In this document: in pieces, positions 37,916 to 52,372 of the stretch
Numbering within the stretch: position 1 is the stretch's first letter
Layout of the letters: every line of letters starts with the position of its first letter
DNA from: Negaprion brevirostris
Lineage: Eukaryota
Length of the DNA: 64,000 bases
Assembly (NCBI GenBank): GCA_030324005.1
Contig: JARDVH010000121.1
Location: forward strand, 6,187,715-6,251,714
Direction: 5' to 3'
Made by a program: the position numbers and the translations under genes
Notes under the pieces: generated by a model
The model's database searches: none
What the model was told of the DNA's origin: nothing
The model's input: only the letters and a program-made list of their open reading frames with translations

Positions 37916-40490
37916 AGAGATGGACAGAGACTGTGTCCGTCTGCAATTATGCATGCCTGTTGGAGATTGAGATTATACAACACAAGCTAATTCACCACCG
38001 AAACAGGATCACCTTCGTCGAGTGCGGAATTTGGATGCTAACAGTTCAGATTTGTTTGAAGTATCATTTAGCCTCTTCGTCTTTCATGTGTCTTAGGAGA
38101 TTGCCCACCTGATTCACCAGAATTAGCACTGAATACTTCCCAAACATTTATGCTTGAATTTCTGTGTATGTGTATAACTGGAGAGCAAATAAGAGGCAGA
38201 CTGAGAAAAATGATCTCAGATTCCAGATCAATTGAACTTTCGGTCAATACGCTTTTTTTTCTCTCTCCCATTCGACTCTCTTATGCTCTTTTGGTCTTAA
38301 CGCCTTTAAAGCAAACCGATCAATTAGCGTTCTGCGATGTAATGCACTAAAATATTCTGGACTGAATAGTTTCTCCTTACAGATAATCTATCTTCAAATT
38401 GGACATTGTCTTAATCTTCAAAAATAATCGATTGCATCGAATAAAATCCTGCTTTCATCATTTCCTCCATGAACTCAGTAGACGAAGGTGAACATTCCAA
38501 ACTTTTTTTGATGTTTTTATCCCGGATTTATTGTGGTGTCTTCAACTAAGTACAGCACAATCAGAAAAATAGAGCGAAAATGAACACACTCGGAACAAAT
38601 GATTACAAGAAGTGCCTCCCCTGGAGTATCAATGATTTTTCTTTTCCTCTATACCGATTTCATGGATGCGCAATTGTATTGGAAGATGAGGTGATAACTT
38701 AATTAATTCGGTAACACATGAATATATTATTAGATACAAAGTCGATGTGAAATATAGAAGATGATTTTGTCAGAAGTTATAAGAAACCATATTCTTTGCC
38801 AAAGGGGTTGATGAGAACCATTAGCTTAAAATCTCAAAACAAAATGCTCAGGGGATCTGAGGAGACGGATTTCTACAGTCAGGGTTGATATTCTTTGGAT
38901 TGTAGAGTCTACATGAGTGACGATATCAGAAAACACTTAGAGGAATCGAGCACAAGCACATAAATGCATGAATTAGCTGCAACATAATGAATGTTGCGTG
39001 TTATCAGTTCAGTGCTGTTATGGGGTTATATCGGTATCGGCGAGCGCAGCTGCGTCATATTATTTTTATATATATTTGAACATTGGGGCGTGGCTTCACA
39101 AAGGATATTCAGCATAACTCCAAAACCCACATACTTCAACATCATTCCTTATGAATTTGTTTATTATCTCTCGATTTTATGGTTCTTCTGTCAGCTTTGC
39201 TTCGCTTGCAAGTGATTTCTACCTGCGAAAATAAACAAAACACATCGTACGATACGCTTGGAGCTAAACTCTTCATTGGTTGCATGAAGTCGAAACTGGG
39301 CAGATTTGAAACTGATCAGCTTTTCAAACTGTGTGGACCTAATTGCTGAAACACAAGTGACCAGCGCCATGGAGAATGCTCAGCAAGTAATGGTGTCCAT
39401 TTCGAAGGCTGCAGGTTTCAAATATCGAGGAATATACGTCTGTGCGTATAGTATGTTGATTGGACCACTTAGAACCACTGTAAGCACGGTTGGTCTCAGA
39501 GACCTTGGTCAGATAGAACTTTGAGCACTGAGAATAGTTTTCAACAACAATTTTTTGGGAACAAAATTGGAATTTTTGGGCCGTTTTTGTCTCGATATTT
39601 TAATGAGGGTATTGAGGTACTGGAGAGGGGCCAAAATATGCGAAGTGATAGCAGAAGCCTGCGCCCCTGAATAAGAAAAAAGTTGAACTTGCTGGGAATT
39701 GATTTTCAGGGGAAACAGGGACACTAATGAACTGCTGGAGATTTTTAATATAATGGAGCTGCGAATTGTATTCATAAGGAAAACTTATTTGCATTTCGTG
39801 GGCAATCCAGAGTCAGCGACCAAGACCATAACATAGTTAGGTGGAGATTTGCAATCTTATTTTATTATTTCAGGGCATGTAGGCGTCGCTTGCAAGGCTA
39901 GTATTTGTTGTCCGTCCCTAATTGTCCTCGCAATGAATGGCTATCTTGCCGATTACTGAAGTCGGTTCAGAGCGAACCACATTTCTTAATGTGCGTAGAC
40001 TTGTCGGGAGGTTAACTAGGCTATGAATGGAAACTTTCCATCACGAAACACTAATTGTTAAGCGGATTTTATTCCGCAACATTTTATAATTTCATTGATA
40101 CCATAACTGAGAGAAAATTCCAGTTNNNNNNNNNNNNNNNNNNNNNNNNNNNNNNNNNNNNNNNNNNNNNNNNNNNNNNNNNNNNNNNNNNNNNNNNNNN
40201 NNNNNNNNNNNNNNNAAATTTGGTGCCTCGATTTCCAATCCAGTGATGATCCGGTAAGATGAAATGAAACTAAATACTTTTCACTGGGCGGAATTCTGGA
40301 AATGCCGCGTTCTACAACATGATTATCTTATAATTGAGAGGTTGAGGCCAATTACATACTTGCAGTCGTGAAATTGAGTGAAAATGAGAGAGACAGAGAG
40401 AGAGAGAGATGCAGAATGGATGAAGGATTGAGTCGATCATAGCAACATGCATAATATCGACTGATTTTTTCAATGATCAATGTCTCCGAT

Positions 40491-41005
40491 CTAAACTAGG
40501 GTTAAGGTGCCATCAGGGCTCGTGGTGACCCAGAGTTTGAAGACAGGGTAAACTTTGCCTGTGAGTTTGGCATTGAAGGTATACACATGGGCTCCGTTCT
40601 CCGGGTTGTAGAAGGACACCCGTCCTTCCTTGTTGTCCACGTAGACCCCCAGTTTGCTCAGATGGGCCATTAAGACTGAAGTGCCCAGCGATCTTACATT
40701 TTCCTTGTTGCCTTCGATGTTCCACATCATCAGGGCCCAGTAACTGTCCTTGGAAAACGGCCTGCTCCATCTGTTCATAGGTCGGACATTCTGGGAGACT
40801 CCTACGCTCCAGACTGTCCCTGGGCTGGCTGACACCTCCCAGTATTGCTTGCCAAGAGGAACACCGTCGCTTGCCCAGATTGTCCAACTGTCCGCAAATT
40901 GTAGCTCCTTGCTTGCTGCTACTGTGTCATTCCAGCCGACGCTTTTGTTGTCTTTGCCAAAGGCGAACCGTGGATCAGCATTTTCATTATCGAATACAAT
41001 CGGAA
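40491..41005 (-). CDS. terminal exon encoding a B30.2 (PRY-SPRY) domain
   Basis: Acceptor TTCTCTCTTTGTTTACCAG|; VPIVFDNENADPRFAFGKDNKSV...GKQYWEV...WSVGVS...YWAL...KLGVYVDNKEGRVSFYN...HVYTFN...VYPVF; intact to TAG. Confidence 0.92.
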
Positions 41006-41895
41006 CTGGTAAACAAAGAGAGAAGAAAAGTAAGCATTGTATTCATGCAATTGTGCACAGTTCACAAATTAAATAATCAGCCCCTTTAAAGCAGCAGCAA
41101 CAATGTGCAAAATTTCTGAAGTACTTTGACCTGTCGCCTTTTGTTCTTTCCCCTGAATCATTGCTAAATTACAACGCATATACTTTATCCATAAAATATC
41201 CAGTATAACTTTGCAAAATATTTCCAAATGTTCATCAAAGGAAGTGCAAGGAGATACAAATATCTCCATTATTGTTGTTTTAGGAGCTCCAAATTGATAA
41301 AATTAACATTGCAAATATTTTCAAATATATTCGCTGTATTAAATACAACGATGTTTACATTAGCTGCATGGCCCTTTTTCCAATATAAGGAACTTCCAAT
41401 CATTAATAGTAACATCACATGCACATTTAAATGTTAATTGGAAAAATTATGCCCCACCCCCCACCCACCCCAGACAGTACACAGCTCCACATTCTCCAGT
41501 CTGAGGCTCAAGCGGCTGGTGCTGCACCATATTTATGACAAAAAGTTGTTTCCGCCTCTGGAGCTTCACCCAGCTGGCTACTTTGTCTGATTGACTCGTT
41601 CAAAGAATCTTCCCATCTCTACTAGTGCCTCTCGGAGACCATCAAAAAACCCCAGGAGGTTAAAAAAACTACANNNNNNNNNNNNNNNNNNNNNNNNNNN
41701 NNNNNNNNNNNNNNNNNNNNNNNNNNNNNNNNNNNNNNNNNNNNNNNNNNNNNNNNNNNNNNNNNNNNNAGACATTTAGAAGGAGATGTGGCTCTCCTAA
41801 GGAAAGTAAAAGGGCGGGGGTGGGGTGGGGGGGTGGGGGGGTTGGTGGGGAGGGGGCGGGCTGCGGACTGTGAAGCAGAATTCATGATGGCTTAC

Positions 41896-41922
41896 CTTTA
41901 TGCTTCGTTAGAACTTTCCATT
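41896..41922 (-). CDS. 27-nt microexon of the B30.2 gene (EWKVLTKHK)
   Basis: TTACTAG|AATGG...AAAG|GTAAGC, phase 1-1; similar to the 27-nt W-containing exon preceding B30.2 in butyrophilins. Confidence 0.75.
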
Positions 41923-42084
41923 CTAGTAATAGTCATGTGGATAGCAGAGAAGAGAGGACAGTGAAACATCCCCAAAATCCATACTTACGACATCAGAGCT
42001 CTATTGCATTAATACTCTGCCGGTAAGTGGAAATCACTCTGCCATCTTTAGGACTTAAGATCCTGAGCTTAATGGAGTTCAAAC

Positions 42085-42352
42085 GATCATAGAATCCCTA
42101 CAGTGTAGATAGATGTCATTCGGCCCATCGAACCGCACTGTTCACAATCCCACCCAGGCCCTATTTCTATAACGCCCCACATTTATCCTGCTAATTTCCC
42201 TGATACTAAGGGTTAATTTATCGTGGCCAATCAACCTAACCCGCATACATTTAGACTGTGGGAGGAAACCGGAGCACGCAGACACGGGGAAAACGTGCAA
42301 ACTCTTCACAGAAGTTACCCGAGGTAATAGTGCAAAACACTGTGCCACCTTT
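42085..42352 (-). mobile_element. HE1-like V-SINE (internally deleted)
   Basis: CATAGAATCCCTACAGTG tail; GGCCAATCAACCTAACC; GACTGTGGGAGGAAACCGGAGCAC. Confidence 0.85.
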
Positions 42353-43149
42353 CTGGGCATTCGATTGAAAGGATACAAACTTTGACCAACCCCATAAAGT
42401 GGAAACACTGAGGGAACGCTGTCTTTTAGTAAAATATTAAACCGAGGACCTTTTCAACCTGTCCTCGCGGATCTGCTAAGCGAGAGTGTAGAACATCCCT
42501 CAGAATATCACTGCCCAAAAAAAATCTATAGGAGTTTTGATTAAAACCAACCGTCATCAAACAATATCCTACCAAATAAACACAGCGGGACACAAATTGT
42601 CGGGGCAGAGAAAAATTAAGTGCACCACTGATTGACCCATTATCAACTAAGCACAGTCCACTTGGAGTAATGATCTGGGTCAGGTTTTTGACTGTTTTTA
42701 TCCAAAAACCTGATGCAGTCTTGGCTTTTCCAGTATTGATCTCCACCTCCCATTTCCAAAATCAATGCTAATTGAACACCACTAGTTGGGGGGGTGGGGG
42801 GGGGGGGGCGGAGGTGGGTACTTGCTACTGATGGTATCATGACTAATTCCACCGCTGCACTAGAACAAAACGGANNNNNNNNNNAAAGGTGGTGTCACTC
42901 ATATAACTAATGAAACTGAGTTTTTTGTTAATTTTGTTGTGCTGATTAATCATGAATTTATATTGAGGGTACAGTTTCACCGGCCTTATATTCCAGGAAC
43001 GGTGAATGAAGAAAAATACCCCTTTGCATTTTATGTGACCATCCTTCATGTATTTACATGACTAACCAGCACACATTTTTGTTAGTTTACAGATTGATGA
43101 ATATGTTGTGTATTTTCAAAATTATTGACAGGGGAGATTTAAAAAAAAA

Positions 43150-44760
43150 ATTCAGATATGGAAGTTGCTTTCATATTCATGTATATGTGAGATGTGACTA
43201 TATAAATAGATCTGTGGAGGCTTTTTTAACCCACAGTGATTAGTGGTCGATTTTCATATTTATGTCCATTGGAGATTTCACACTAGTTGCTTGCTCTTGT
43301 TACATATTATGGTTCATGTAGATTGATTGAGAGATGTTGGAATGGATGCAGAAGATATTTCCTGTGCTGACAAATAGGGGAAATGATTTCTTAATTTATG
43401 ACAACGGAAATCTTTCCATGCTCATGCATATCTACACCATATTCATACTGATGGAGATGAGAGGGGTTTTTGGATGTGACAGGTATTTTCTGCACTGATA
43501 GATGGGGAAGATATTTCTCAGACTGATGGTTACGTGAGCTATTTCACACCAATGGATGCAAGATCATTTTTCAAACTATTGAGTATTTCCCACGTTTTCA
43601 TTATCATGCAATTTTCATCATGAAATATATGGGAAAAAATCATTCTAAAGGATATGGGAGATGTTGTTTCACGAATGGGAATGGATGATAACTTTGTGTC
43701 AAAGGGTCGGGCTGACATTTTATAATGATATATATTGGTGGCATTTGAGTGTTGATCGTAGTATGGAATGGCTTCATACTCCTGGATATGGGCGATTCTT
43801 TCATAATGATGGAGCTGGGCGATGCCTTCAATACTGTTGCATATGGGCAAAATTTTCACACTGGTGGATATGGTACACATTTTCACTCAGGTGGATGGAT
43901 TGCTAGTTAAGCGAAGTGTTTTCATGATGTTGGTCATGACGATGGAAATCCACAATTCTTTGCATTGATGGGCACTTGAGATGCTTTCATTCTCACATGG
44001 GCCAGATTTTCAAGCTGATATATATGGCTAATTATTACATATTCATTGACAAAGACAATATTTCCATGCTGATGGATATGGGCGATGTTTTTTCTCTGAT
44101 AGATGTGGACGTTTTTATGTGATGATCTATATGAGCATGTGCTCATACTGATTGGTATGTAGGAGATTCATTAGCACTAATGCACCTGGGTTATACTAAT
44201 GCACATGCAGAATTTCGTCACAATGATGGTCAAGGTATATATTTATTCCTGATGTTTATGACCATGTTTTCATACTGGTGGATGTGGCTGATGTTTTCAC
44301 ACATCAATATGGGCGAAGTTCCCATGCTGACGGATATCAACATTGCTTTCATATCAATGAATGTACAACATTTTTCAACCTAATGGATATAGGCGACGGT
44401 TTCATATTCATTGATAGGGGCAATGCTTCCATGCAAATGTAAATGGCTGAATTGTTAAATCTCATATATAAGGAATATGATTCGATTTCCATAGATCTGG
44501 GCTGTATTGTCGTAAAGACTAAATGGATGAGGCTTTCATGATATTGGATATGGGTGGTGACTTCATTCGTAGAGAATGGGAAGAGGTTTTCATCCAAATT
44601 AACATGGTTAATATAATTCTACTGACATTTATGGGCCACATCTTTGTATTGATGCATGTGGTCAAAGTTTGATGGACATGGGCAATCTTACAACTGATAG
44701 ATTGAGAAGAGTTTTCAGACTGATGGGTGTGGAGATATTTTAAGCAGGTCAATAAGCACA
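43150..44760 (+). repeat. degenerate minisatellite, unit about 27-28 bp
   Basis: Recurrent TGATGGATATGGGCGATGTTTTCATAC-like unit over about 1.6 kb. Confidence 0.75.
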
Positions 44761-45474
44761 TTTTTCGAGCGAGCCATAATGACTACACATCGAAANNNNN
44801 NNNNNNNNNNNNNNNNNNNNNNNNNNNNNNNNNNNNNNNNNNNNNNNNNNNNNNNNNNNNNNNNNNNNNNNNNNNNNNNNNNNNNNNNNNNNNNNCACAT
44901 CGAAAACCCCATCATTTTTTGTCCTACTTCAGGAGACTTACTAGGCTTCATGAACCACATTTTAGAACTCCACACTCTTCGTCATTCAGCTTGTAGTAGC
45001 TGAACACATCAGAACAGGACAATCCAGATCACAGTTATCAAATTGTGTTGTTCCCAGATTGCGACTGAATTAGATATAATTCAGATGTTTGACTGAAGTC
45101 GAGAATACTCATAATTTGGCGTTTGGTTTTGAAATTCAAGAGTGGACCTTCTGACGATTATTAGATATAAATGTAATGTTGGAGGGCCTGTTGCATGAGG
45201 AATGCTGCGTTGAACAATGACACAAAGCGAGGAAACATCTTAAAATGGCAAATTAATGATATCCCTGCCTGAACAATATCCTCCACATAACCAAATATTA
45301 TAAGGTTTGAAGCAGTCTATCTCCATGACTAAAAGGCAGTGGCACCTTATACCTGTAACCAAACGGAAAATTGTCGCACCTTTGGCGGGATCCACGCAAC
45401 CTGTGTGGGAGTTAAGAAGGGAGTTATTGTTGTGATTGTGATTATAGTCGTCGGGCCAAATGTTAAGACCATAA

Positions 45475-46400
45475 TACCTCGGAGCAAAAGTAGGTAATTC
45501 GGCCATTCATATCTGCTACAACATTCAATGATATCTTGGGAGAATTTGAAATGAAATTTCCTAGTCCACTTTCCGACTTCGATTCAAGGGAGAAATCCCT
45601 TGATTCCTTTACTGATAAAAATGCATTTGCCTCAGCCCTTAGCAGGCTTACTAGCCCAGACACCACAGCCATCTGTGGTAAATAATTCAACAGATTCAAT
45701 ATTCCTGCCATAGTAACATTCTCATTGTTTCTCTCAACGTAGGCGACAATTGACTGAGAATATGTCCTTGGAACATTGACAATACCGCAGTGGGAACCAA
45801 TCTTCCCACATCTAAACTTCCAAGCATCCATGGATATGCGATACATCTCAGACAAGTCATCTCCCAATCTTCTGTACTCGAGTGAATGGAGAACAAACCT
45901 ACTCAACGCCTTGAAAATCTATCTGCACCCAAGTTCACCTTGTGAACTTTGTCGAAACTGCCTTGAATATCAATATATATTTTGTTAGAAAACGGAAGCA
46001 CAGCTATTTGCAATATTTCAAGCGTGGCATAACAGGAGCTTTGTGTAGAAATGTGAGTCTTCTTGGAATGCGGACCTCATTCCCTTTGACATAACGGCAA
46101 ACATGCTATTTACTTTCATTTAGACTTTTTAAGACTGCCGGCTACGTTTTTGTTTTGCGTTTAATGCACAAAGATCCCCAAAAATATTTGTGTTGCATCT
46201 TTTTGCAGCTTTTTAATCAATTTCGATTATATTTACCTTCTTTGTTCTTCCTGCCACATTTCAAAATTGCACATTTGATACGTCATGTAGTTTCTGCCTA
46301 CTTTTTGGTGACTCACGTAATCTGTCTACAAACAGTTTTAAATCCAACTATCAACGTTAGCACTTGTCATCCCAATTGTTTAGAGACCAGAATCTTGGCA
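45475..46400 (-). mobile_element. old CR1 3' half
   Basis: Minus ORF LHSLEYRRLGDDLSEMYRI matches the CR1 ORF2 C-terminus (SLExRRLRGDLIEVYKI); tail near 45480. Confidence 0.7.
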
Positions 46401-47659
46401 ATATATATACAAATCTTTTCCCGCATCAGACCGGAGTAACCGTGTTTAGAATTCAGCATGATGACCCCAAAAAGCATATTTTTATTTTCCTTTGACACTT
46501 AGTAGATGGGTCAATCTTGTTCTTGAAAGCGATTATTGTTCTACCTCAAACAGTCGAATCCAAGATCAAGCACCGGTTTTATTTTATAAATTATTAATTA
46601 TTACAAGCTTTTTGTTTTGCTAAAGCTTCAAGATTAGTGCTTGGTGTTGGGACATTTTCGATTTTATAGCGCCCTCTAATTAATAAGGATTCTAGAAAAG
46701 ATGTTTGAGAAAAACTTGTTTTGCTTATGAAAGATAAATAACTGGGGGTGTCGTTAATCAATTCCAAATGATTGTTAAAACAAAACATTGACATAAATAA
46801 TGAACGCGGATGGTTTTGTGGCCTCTGATTTCCATTTGGAATATATATTGATTAGCGGATGATGGAAGTCACATGGAATGTTACTTTTTGTATAATTGAC
46901 CCAATTCACAGAGTTACCTAGTAACAAACGGGTATTGGAGAATGGATGTATTGGTCCTGCAGAGAGCCAGAGAGAACCTGAGGTGCTGAAAGACCTCTTC
47001 TGCGAAGAGAGGAGTAACTTTATTCCATGTATTGGCCTGGAGATCAGGTAATAACATATTCCTCTGTATTGGGGCAAAGCTTCCCAACATTAAACGCCCA
47101 GAGGAGATTGTAGATGCTCATTTGTGTCTTGCAGCATCTTATGTTGTCTGAACAATGTAATAGTTAATTTATGGACGAACAGTTGACATATAAAAAATAA
47201 ACAATAAAAGAAGAATAAAAAGAAAAAAAATGATGATATAAAAATATTAATTAATTATCGGTGGTAACATTTTAACATTCACTTTCCCGATGTTTGACCA
47301 GGGAGTTAGATTTTTTTTTCTTATGACTGAACAGATTTGCTATAATACTTTTAGAATGGGTCGATGACAGTGGGGTACAATGGCACCAACCATAAATTAA
47401 TTATGCTTTGCGGCCTAGTACTATTCTGTACGCATGTTCGTAATTCTGTATAATAAAATCTTCAAACTCGAAAGTGATAGCTCTTTTATTAGACAACATT
47501 AAATAGGATGTGCTTCCATCTGAGACACAGATAGGGTTCAGGTGGGAATTCTTGAATTTCAGTGCTGGAGTAGACTTGAGAAGTTAAAAGACGGTATCTT
47601 CCCTTCCTATAACATAAACAGTGGGTTTTGAGTGAAAGTTGAAAGCAGATCAGTCTTAC

Positions 47660-47695
47660 CTTCATCACTTGCATCTTGAAGCTTACTCTCGAGTT
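47660..47695 (-). CDS. 36-nt microexon of the B30.2 gene (ELESKLQDASDE)
   Basis: GTCCCTTCCAG|AACTC...GAAG|GTAAGA, phase 1-1. Confidence 0.7.
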
Positions 47696-49043
47696 CTGGA
47701 AGGGACAGGCGTTAATGCTTGTGTTGCGTATTAACTGCAAGGCTTCCCCCTATTCGTACCCAAAGTTTCATGTTCATGAACTTCCAAACTTTATTCCCAC
47801 TATGTCTATTTTCAGAAACAATGTGCAGCAGAACTGTGCAGGTCGTACAGCCATCACAAATTTGGTGCTTAGTGAATCAAGATAATAGAAAGATAAAGTG
47901 ATGGAAATACTCAATGATCATGCAAGCTTTTCCTCATATATGGACATTGGTTATTTTCCCGCAGATGCTGCCAGATCTGCTAACCATTTCTGGGTGAATT
48001 GTTGATATTTACAATTTGAACTATACACCATCTCTATGTCCTATATTCATGTCTGATATCTAACCCATTGTCATCAGTGCAACAAAACAATCAGCGATAA
48101 GAATGTGTAAAATAAAGCTCAACTGCTCGGTTCTTGTTGATCATTTTGAATTTGGAATGGATGGGATGAAGGCTGATCTTTGTGTCTCCACGTGCCATTG
48201 GGAGTTGTATGTTTACTTCCCCGTCTATTCTATGAGGGCTTTATCAGTTTCAGATTCAGAAAACTGTGCATTCCTGTACGATTACATAGCTTAAGTACTA
48301 AACCCTTTGACTGTCTCTGCTGCTCAATGATTATTGAATTTTCGGATATGAAATCATTCATTGCTTTTTTTTTAATCCATGCCCCCACTGCAGGAAATAC
48401 CTATTATTCCTGAATATGTCGGGGTGGTGGTGGTAGTGGGGGGGGAGGGGGGGGGAATCTAAGCTCGTTAATAATGCATATTTTTACCTCAACAAAAATC
48501 GTTAAGTGGAATTAAATCAAAATACATTGAAATATTCATCCACATGGTAGAGAGCAATTTGGACAGGATATGCCAAAAGATTGTCACGCCGTCCACTAAG
48601 ATTTGCCTGAAGCAAAGGGAGCTGGTGACCCCCAGGTAGTGGAAAAGAGCCAAGCAACCAATGCATCCTGTGACCATTTCCCTGCCAAAAAAAAAATCAT
48701 CGCTTAGGATATTGTTGAAAGGAATGATCTCGCAGTGGATAAAGGTTGCAGACAAATCTGAAGGACCACGGCTGTTTCTCCTGCAGAGCAGAGGATAAAA
48801 ACGTACCAACATGAAATAGTATAGGGAATTCAATTATAATGAGAATAGACGGGCGTTTCTGTGGCCACAAAGGAGACTCCAGTTTGGTGTGTTGCCCCCT
48901 TTCTCCACGGAACCCACCTCATCACCAGTTCCAACCCCCCCCCCCCAATCNNNNNNNNNNNNNNNNNNNNNNNNNNNNNNNNNNNNNNNNNNNNNNNNNN
49001 NNNNNNNNNNNNNNNNNNNNNNNNNNNNNNNNNNNNNNNNNNN

Positions 49044-51720
49044 ACAAATTAAAAATAGAACAAGTGATCTTAAAAACCCAGTTGGGAAGAAAGTTGAGAG
49101 GTCAGAACTCAATGATAGAGATCGCAGGATTACGGCCAGGGTCACGTAATAATTAAATTAGAAATTGTAGGACATGTCGGATGAAGAGATGGTGTGAAGT
49201 GGAGGAGACCCAATTTCTGTGACTTTGGCACTGGTTCTGGTGGACTTGGGAATGCTGCAAACTGGACAGATTACACGTGGTCAGGACGAGGTCTGAGGTC
49301 CTCAGGGTTATATTTCAAAGTATGATTGAGAACGAGTTAACTTAAAATGGCAACATAGTGGGAACCTGTGCCAGGAATAAATCGAGGGAGAATCAAGGAC
49401 AAACATCAAAGCCAGAAAGGGAAAGAAAAACAGTAAAAGCAGAGAAACTAAGGGCCAAATCAAACGGGACCTCAGTGAAAATAATGGGAACAGGACCAAT
49501 AATTTAAATAACTTTCTCCCTGAAGGCTTTGTGCGTTAATGCACATTATTTTTATAATACAATGGGTGGATGAACCGATATGATGTAGTCGGGATTTTGG
49601 GCATGTGGCTATAGGGTGACCAAAGCTGGAAACTGATCATGCAGGTATATTTAGAAATTAAAAACAAAAAAAGGCCTGGTTGCACTGATGCTTGAGGATG
49701 AATTTAATACCATGCTAAGGAAGAGTATTACGTCCAAAAAATGTGGAACTTATATGGTAGTGCTATGAAGCACCAAAGATCAAAAGTGTGAGTGAGTATT
49801 GTACACCAACTCCCAAGCTGCCGTTGTGAAGCTGGTGATGACATTTAACCGGAAATTAGAGATGCATGCGCAGAAACAGTATCTGAAGTTATGAGTTCTT
49901 TTAATCTGTATATACATTGTGTAAAAGAAAATAATAACACTACTATAGGCGAGGAATTCCTGCAGTGTATACATGATAGTTTTCTGGACCAATAAGTTGT
50001 GGAACCTATTGGAGAACATGCAATACAAGGCTTGGCATTATGTAATGAGAGATGAAAGTTTGGCAATCTACTTACGCAAGACCCTTTTAAGGATGGACAA
50101 TCATTACATGATGGATTTTTGTAATGAATATGGATTGTGATTCTCAGACAACACTATAGAATGGTAATAAAAGAAATTATGATGATGTAAGGTGCGAGTT
50201 GGCTATAATGGTTTTGGAAACGTTACGTAAAACTACCGCGATGGATACACAATGGCAAACATTCAAATAGCTTGTGGGTGAACTAAAACAATTCTTTATT
50301 CCTGCCTGTCACAAAAGTCAAAGTGGAAAAGTAGCCAAAACATCGTTATAGTTTGCATTGTATCTGAGGAAGAGGTATTATAGTTGGTGAAGAAAGAGCG
50401 ACAGACCTGAGCATTGGGAGCAGTTTGGAATTCAGCAAAGGAAGACAAAAGGAGTGATTACAAATGAGAAAAGAAAGTACAGAGCAAGCTTGCAGGAAAG
50501 GTTAAAAAAAAGACCATGGAATTTCCTATAGGTATTTGAAGAAAATAGCAAGATTGTTCAAGATTGATGAAGTCATACAATGAGAAATACGAAATTTTGC
50601 ATGGCAAAATATTAATGGATGGCCATCTGAATGCATACTTTGGTTATGTTTTCACAATGGAGGTCACAAAAAAGATACCAGAAATGTTAGGAACCATGGG
50701 GCTTCACTGAACGGGAGAAACTGTAGGAGATTAATATTCGTCAAGAAATGGTGAAGAATAAACTGATGGGGCTGAAGCCCGGTACACTGCTAAGGCCTGC
50801 TAACCTACGGCTGAGAGTAAGTAACGAAGTAGCCCCAAAAATCTCTAGATGCATTTGTGGTCATTTTTATGTTTCTTATATACTGTGGAACAGATCCTAA
50901 AGATTACAAGTTAGCCAATGTAACCTCACTATTTTAGAAGCTGGATAAGACAAAAAATAAGGAATTATAAACCAGTAAGACTGACGAGGTAATCGAAAAA
51001 TAACTAGAATCGACTATCAAAGATTTCTTTTCAAAGTACATGAAAGACAATGGTAGAATTGGACAGAGTCGGCATGGATGCGTGGCAAAGGAAGCAATAT
51101 TTGACACATTTGCGAGAGTTCTTCGAGGATTTAACTAGCAGAGATGATGAGGGGAACCAGTGTTTGTGATTGATTTAGACTTGCAGAAGCTTTTCAACAT
51201 GTCACACATCAGAGATTAGTAGGCAAGTCTAAAGCACATGTGATTGGGTGCACTTTTTTTTTAGATGAACAGAAAACTGTTCGGCAGACAGGGAACAAAG
51301 AGTCGGAACAAATGGATATTTTTCAAAATGGCAGGCAGTGGCTCCTGGATTAATGCAGGATTTAATGCCGGAAGCCTAGCTATTCGCTATATGCATTCAT
51401 GATTAGATATGGGACGTAAATGTAATATTTCCACGTTTTCAGATTGAGTTGGGTGTTGGATGGTAAGGTGAGCTTTGAGAAGGATACAGAGAAACCTCAA
51501 GTGAAATTTGTTCTTTGACTGAACAAATTGAATGCAGTTGTACTACAATTTGAATAAATGTAAGGTCACTCTCCTCGTTAGCTAAAACTATTTGAACAAC
51601 TACTGTCCAAATGCCCAAAATTGGGAGAGCAGAAATTGAATGAAGCATGCTTTCGTGCATTAGTCACTGAAGATAAGAATGCATGTGCAGCAGGCCATGA
51701 AATAAAATGCAAATTCTATG
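49044..51720 (+). mobile_element. long decayed CR1 LINE (ORF1 esterase end, APE, RT)
   Basis: ORF1-like W-C..F..HWF segment near 49190; YDVVGI..WL*GDQSW at 49580; NYKPVRLT, QSRHG, DLQKLF RT motifs at 50960-51200. Confidence 0.8.
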
Positions 51721-51994
51721 CGAGTCTACACAGGATTAAGACAGGAGTTAAAATATCAGAAATGTTTGAAATAATTCAAAAACCTATGGAACTTCATATC
51801 ATCATGACAAATTTTGAAATTTAACAAACATTATATTGATTTGTCAGGGCCTACGGGATTGTTAAACAATAATTATGTATTTTGCATACTGCTGGATTCC
51901 AGTTACACCTTATTCACGAAAGCATCATCTTTTCAAGGGTTTTTGTTACAGTGAAATTCATAGATGTGAAAGTTTACAACAAATCAAGGGACAG

Positions 51995-52288
51995 GATGTT
52001 GGCACTGCTACCCCACAGCACCAGGAACCCAGCTTGAAATTCCAGCTTGTGTCACTATGTGGAGTTTACACATTCTCCCGATATCTGCGTGGGTTTCTTC
52101 CGTGTAGACCCATTTCTCCCCACATTCCAAAGATGTGCGGGTTAGGTGCATTGACCACGCTAAATTGCCCCTTAATCAGGGAGATTAGCTTGGGTATTGG
52201 GATAGTGTCTGGATGGTATTGTGGTCAACGCCAATTCGATGGATCGAAATGCCTCCTTCTGCACTGTAGGATTCTATGATTCTATGAC
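51995..52288 (+). mobile_element. HE1-like V-SINE
   Basis: GGCACTGCTACCCCACAGCACCAGGAACCC...GTTAGGTGCATTGACCACGCTAAATTGCCCC...GATTCTATGATTCTATG. Confidence 0.85.
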
Positions 52289-52372
52289 TGTGGTGTCAAG
52301 TGCTAGTTAACAGAGTGAAGCAATATTCTTACTTGTGAATAATAGCATGCATTCGACTTGGACCAGACTTAC

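Noticed and set aside
41989-42016. Candidate extra microexon with a GTAAGT donor
   Set aside because: 28 nt long and has an in-frame TGA in phase 1
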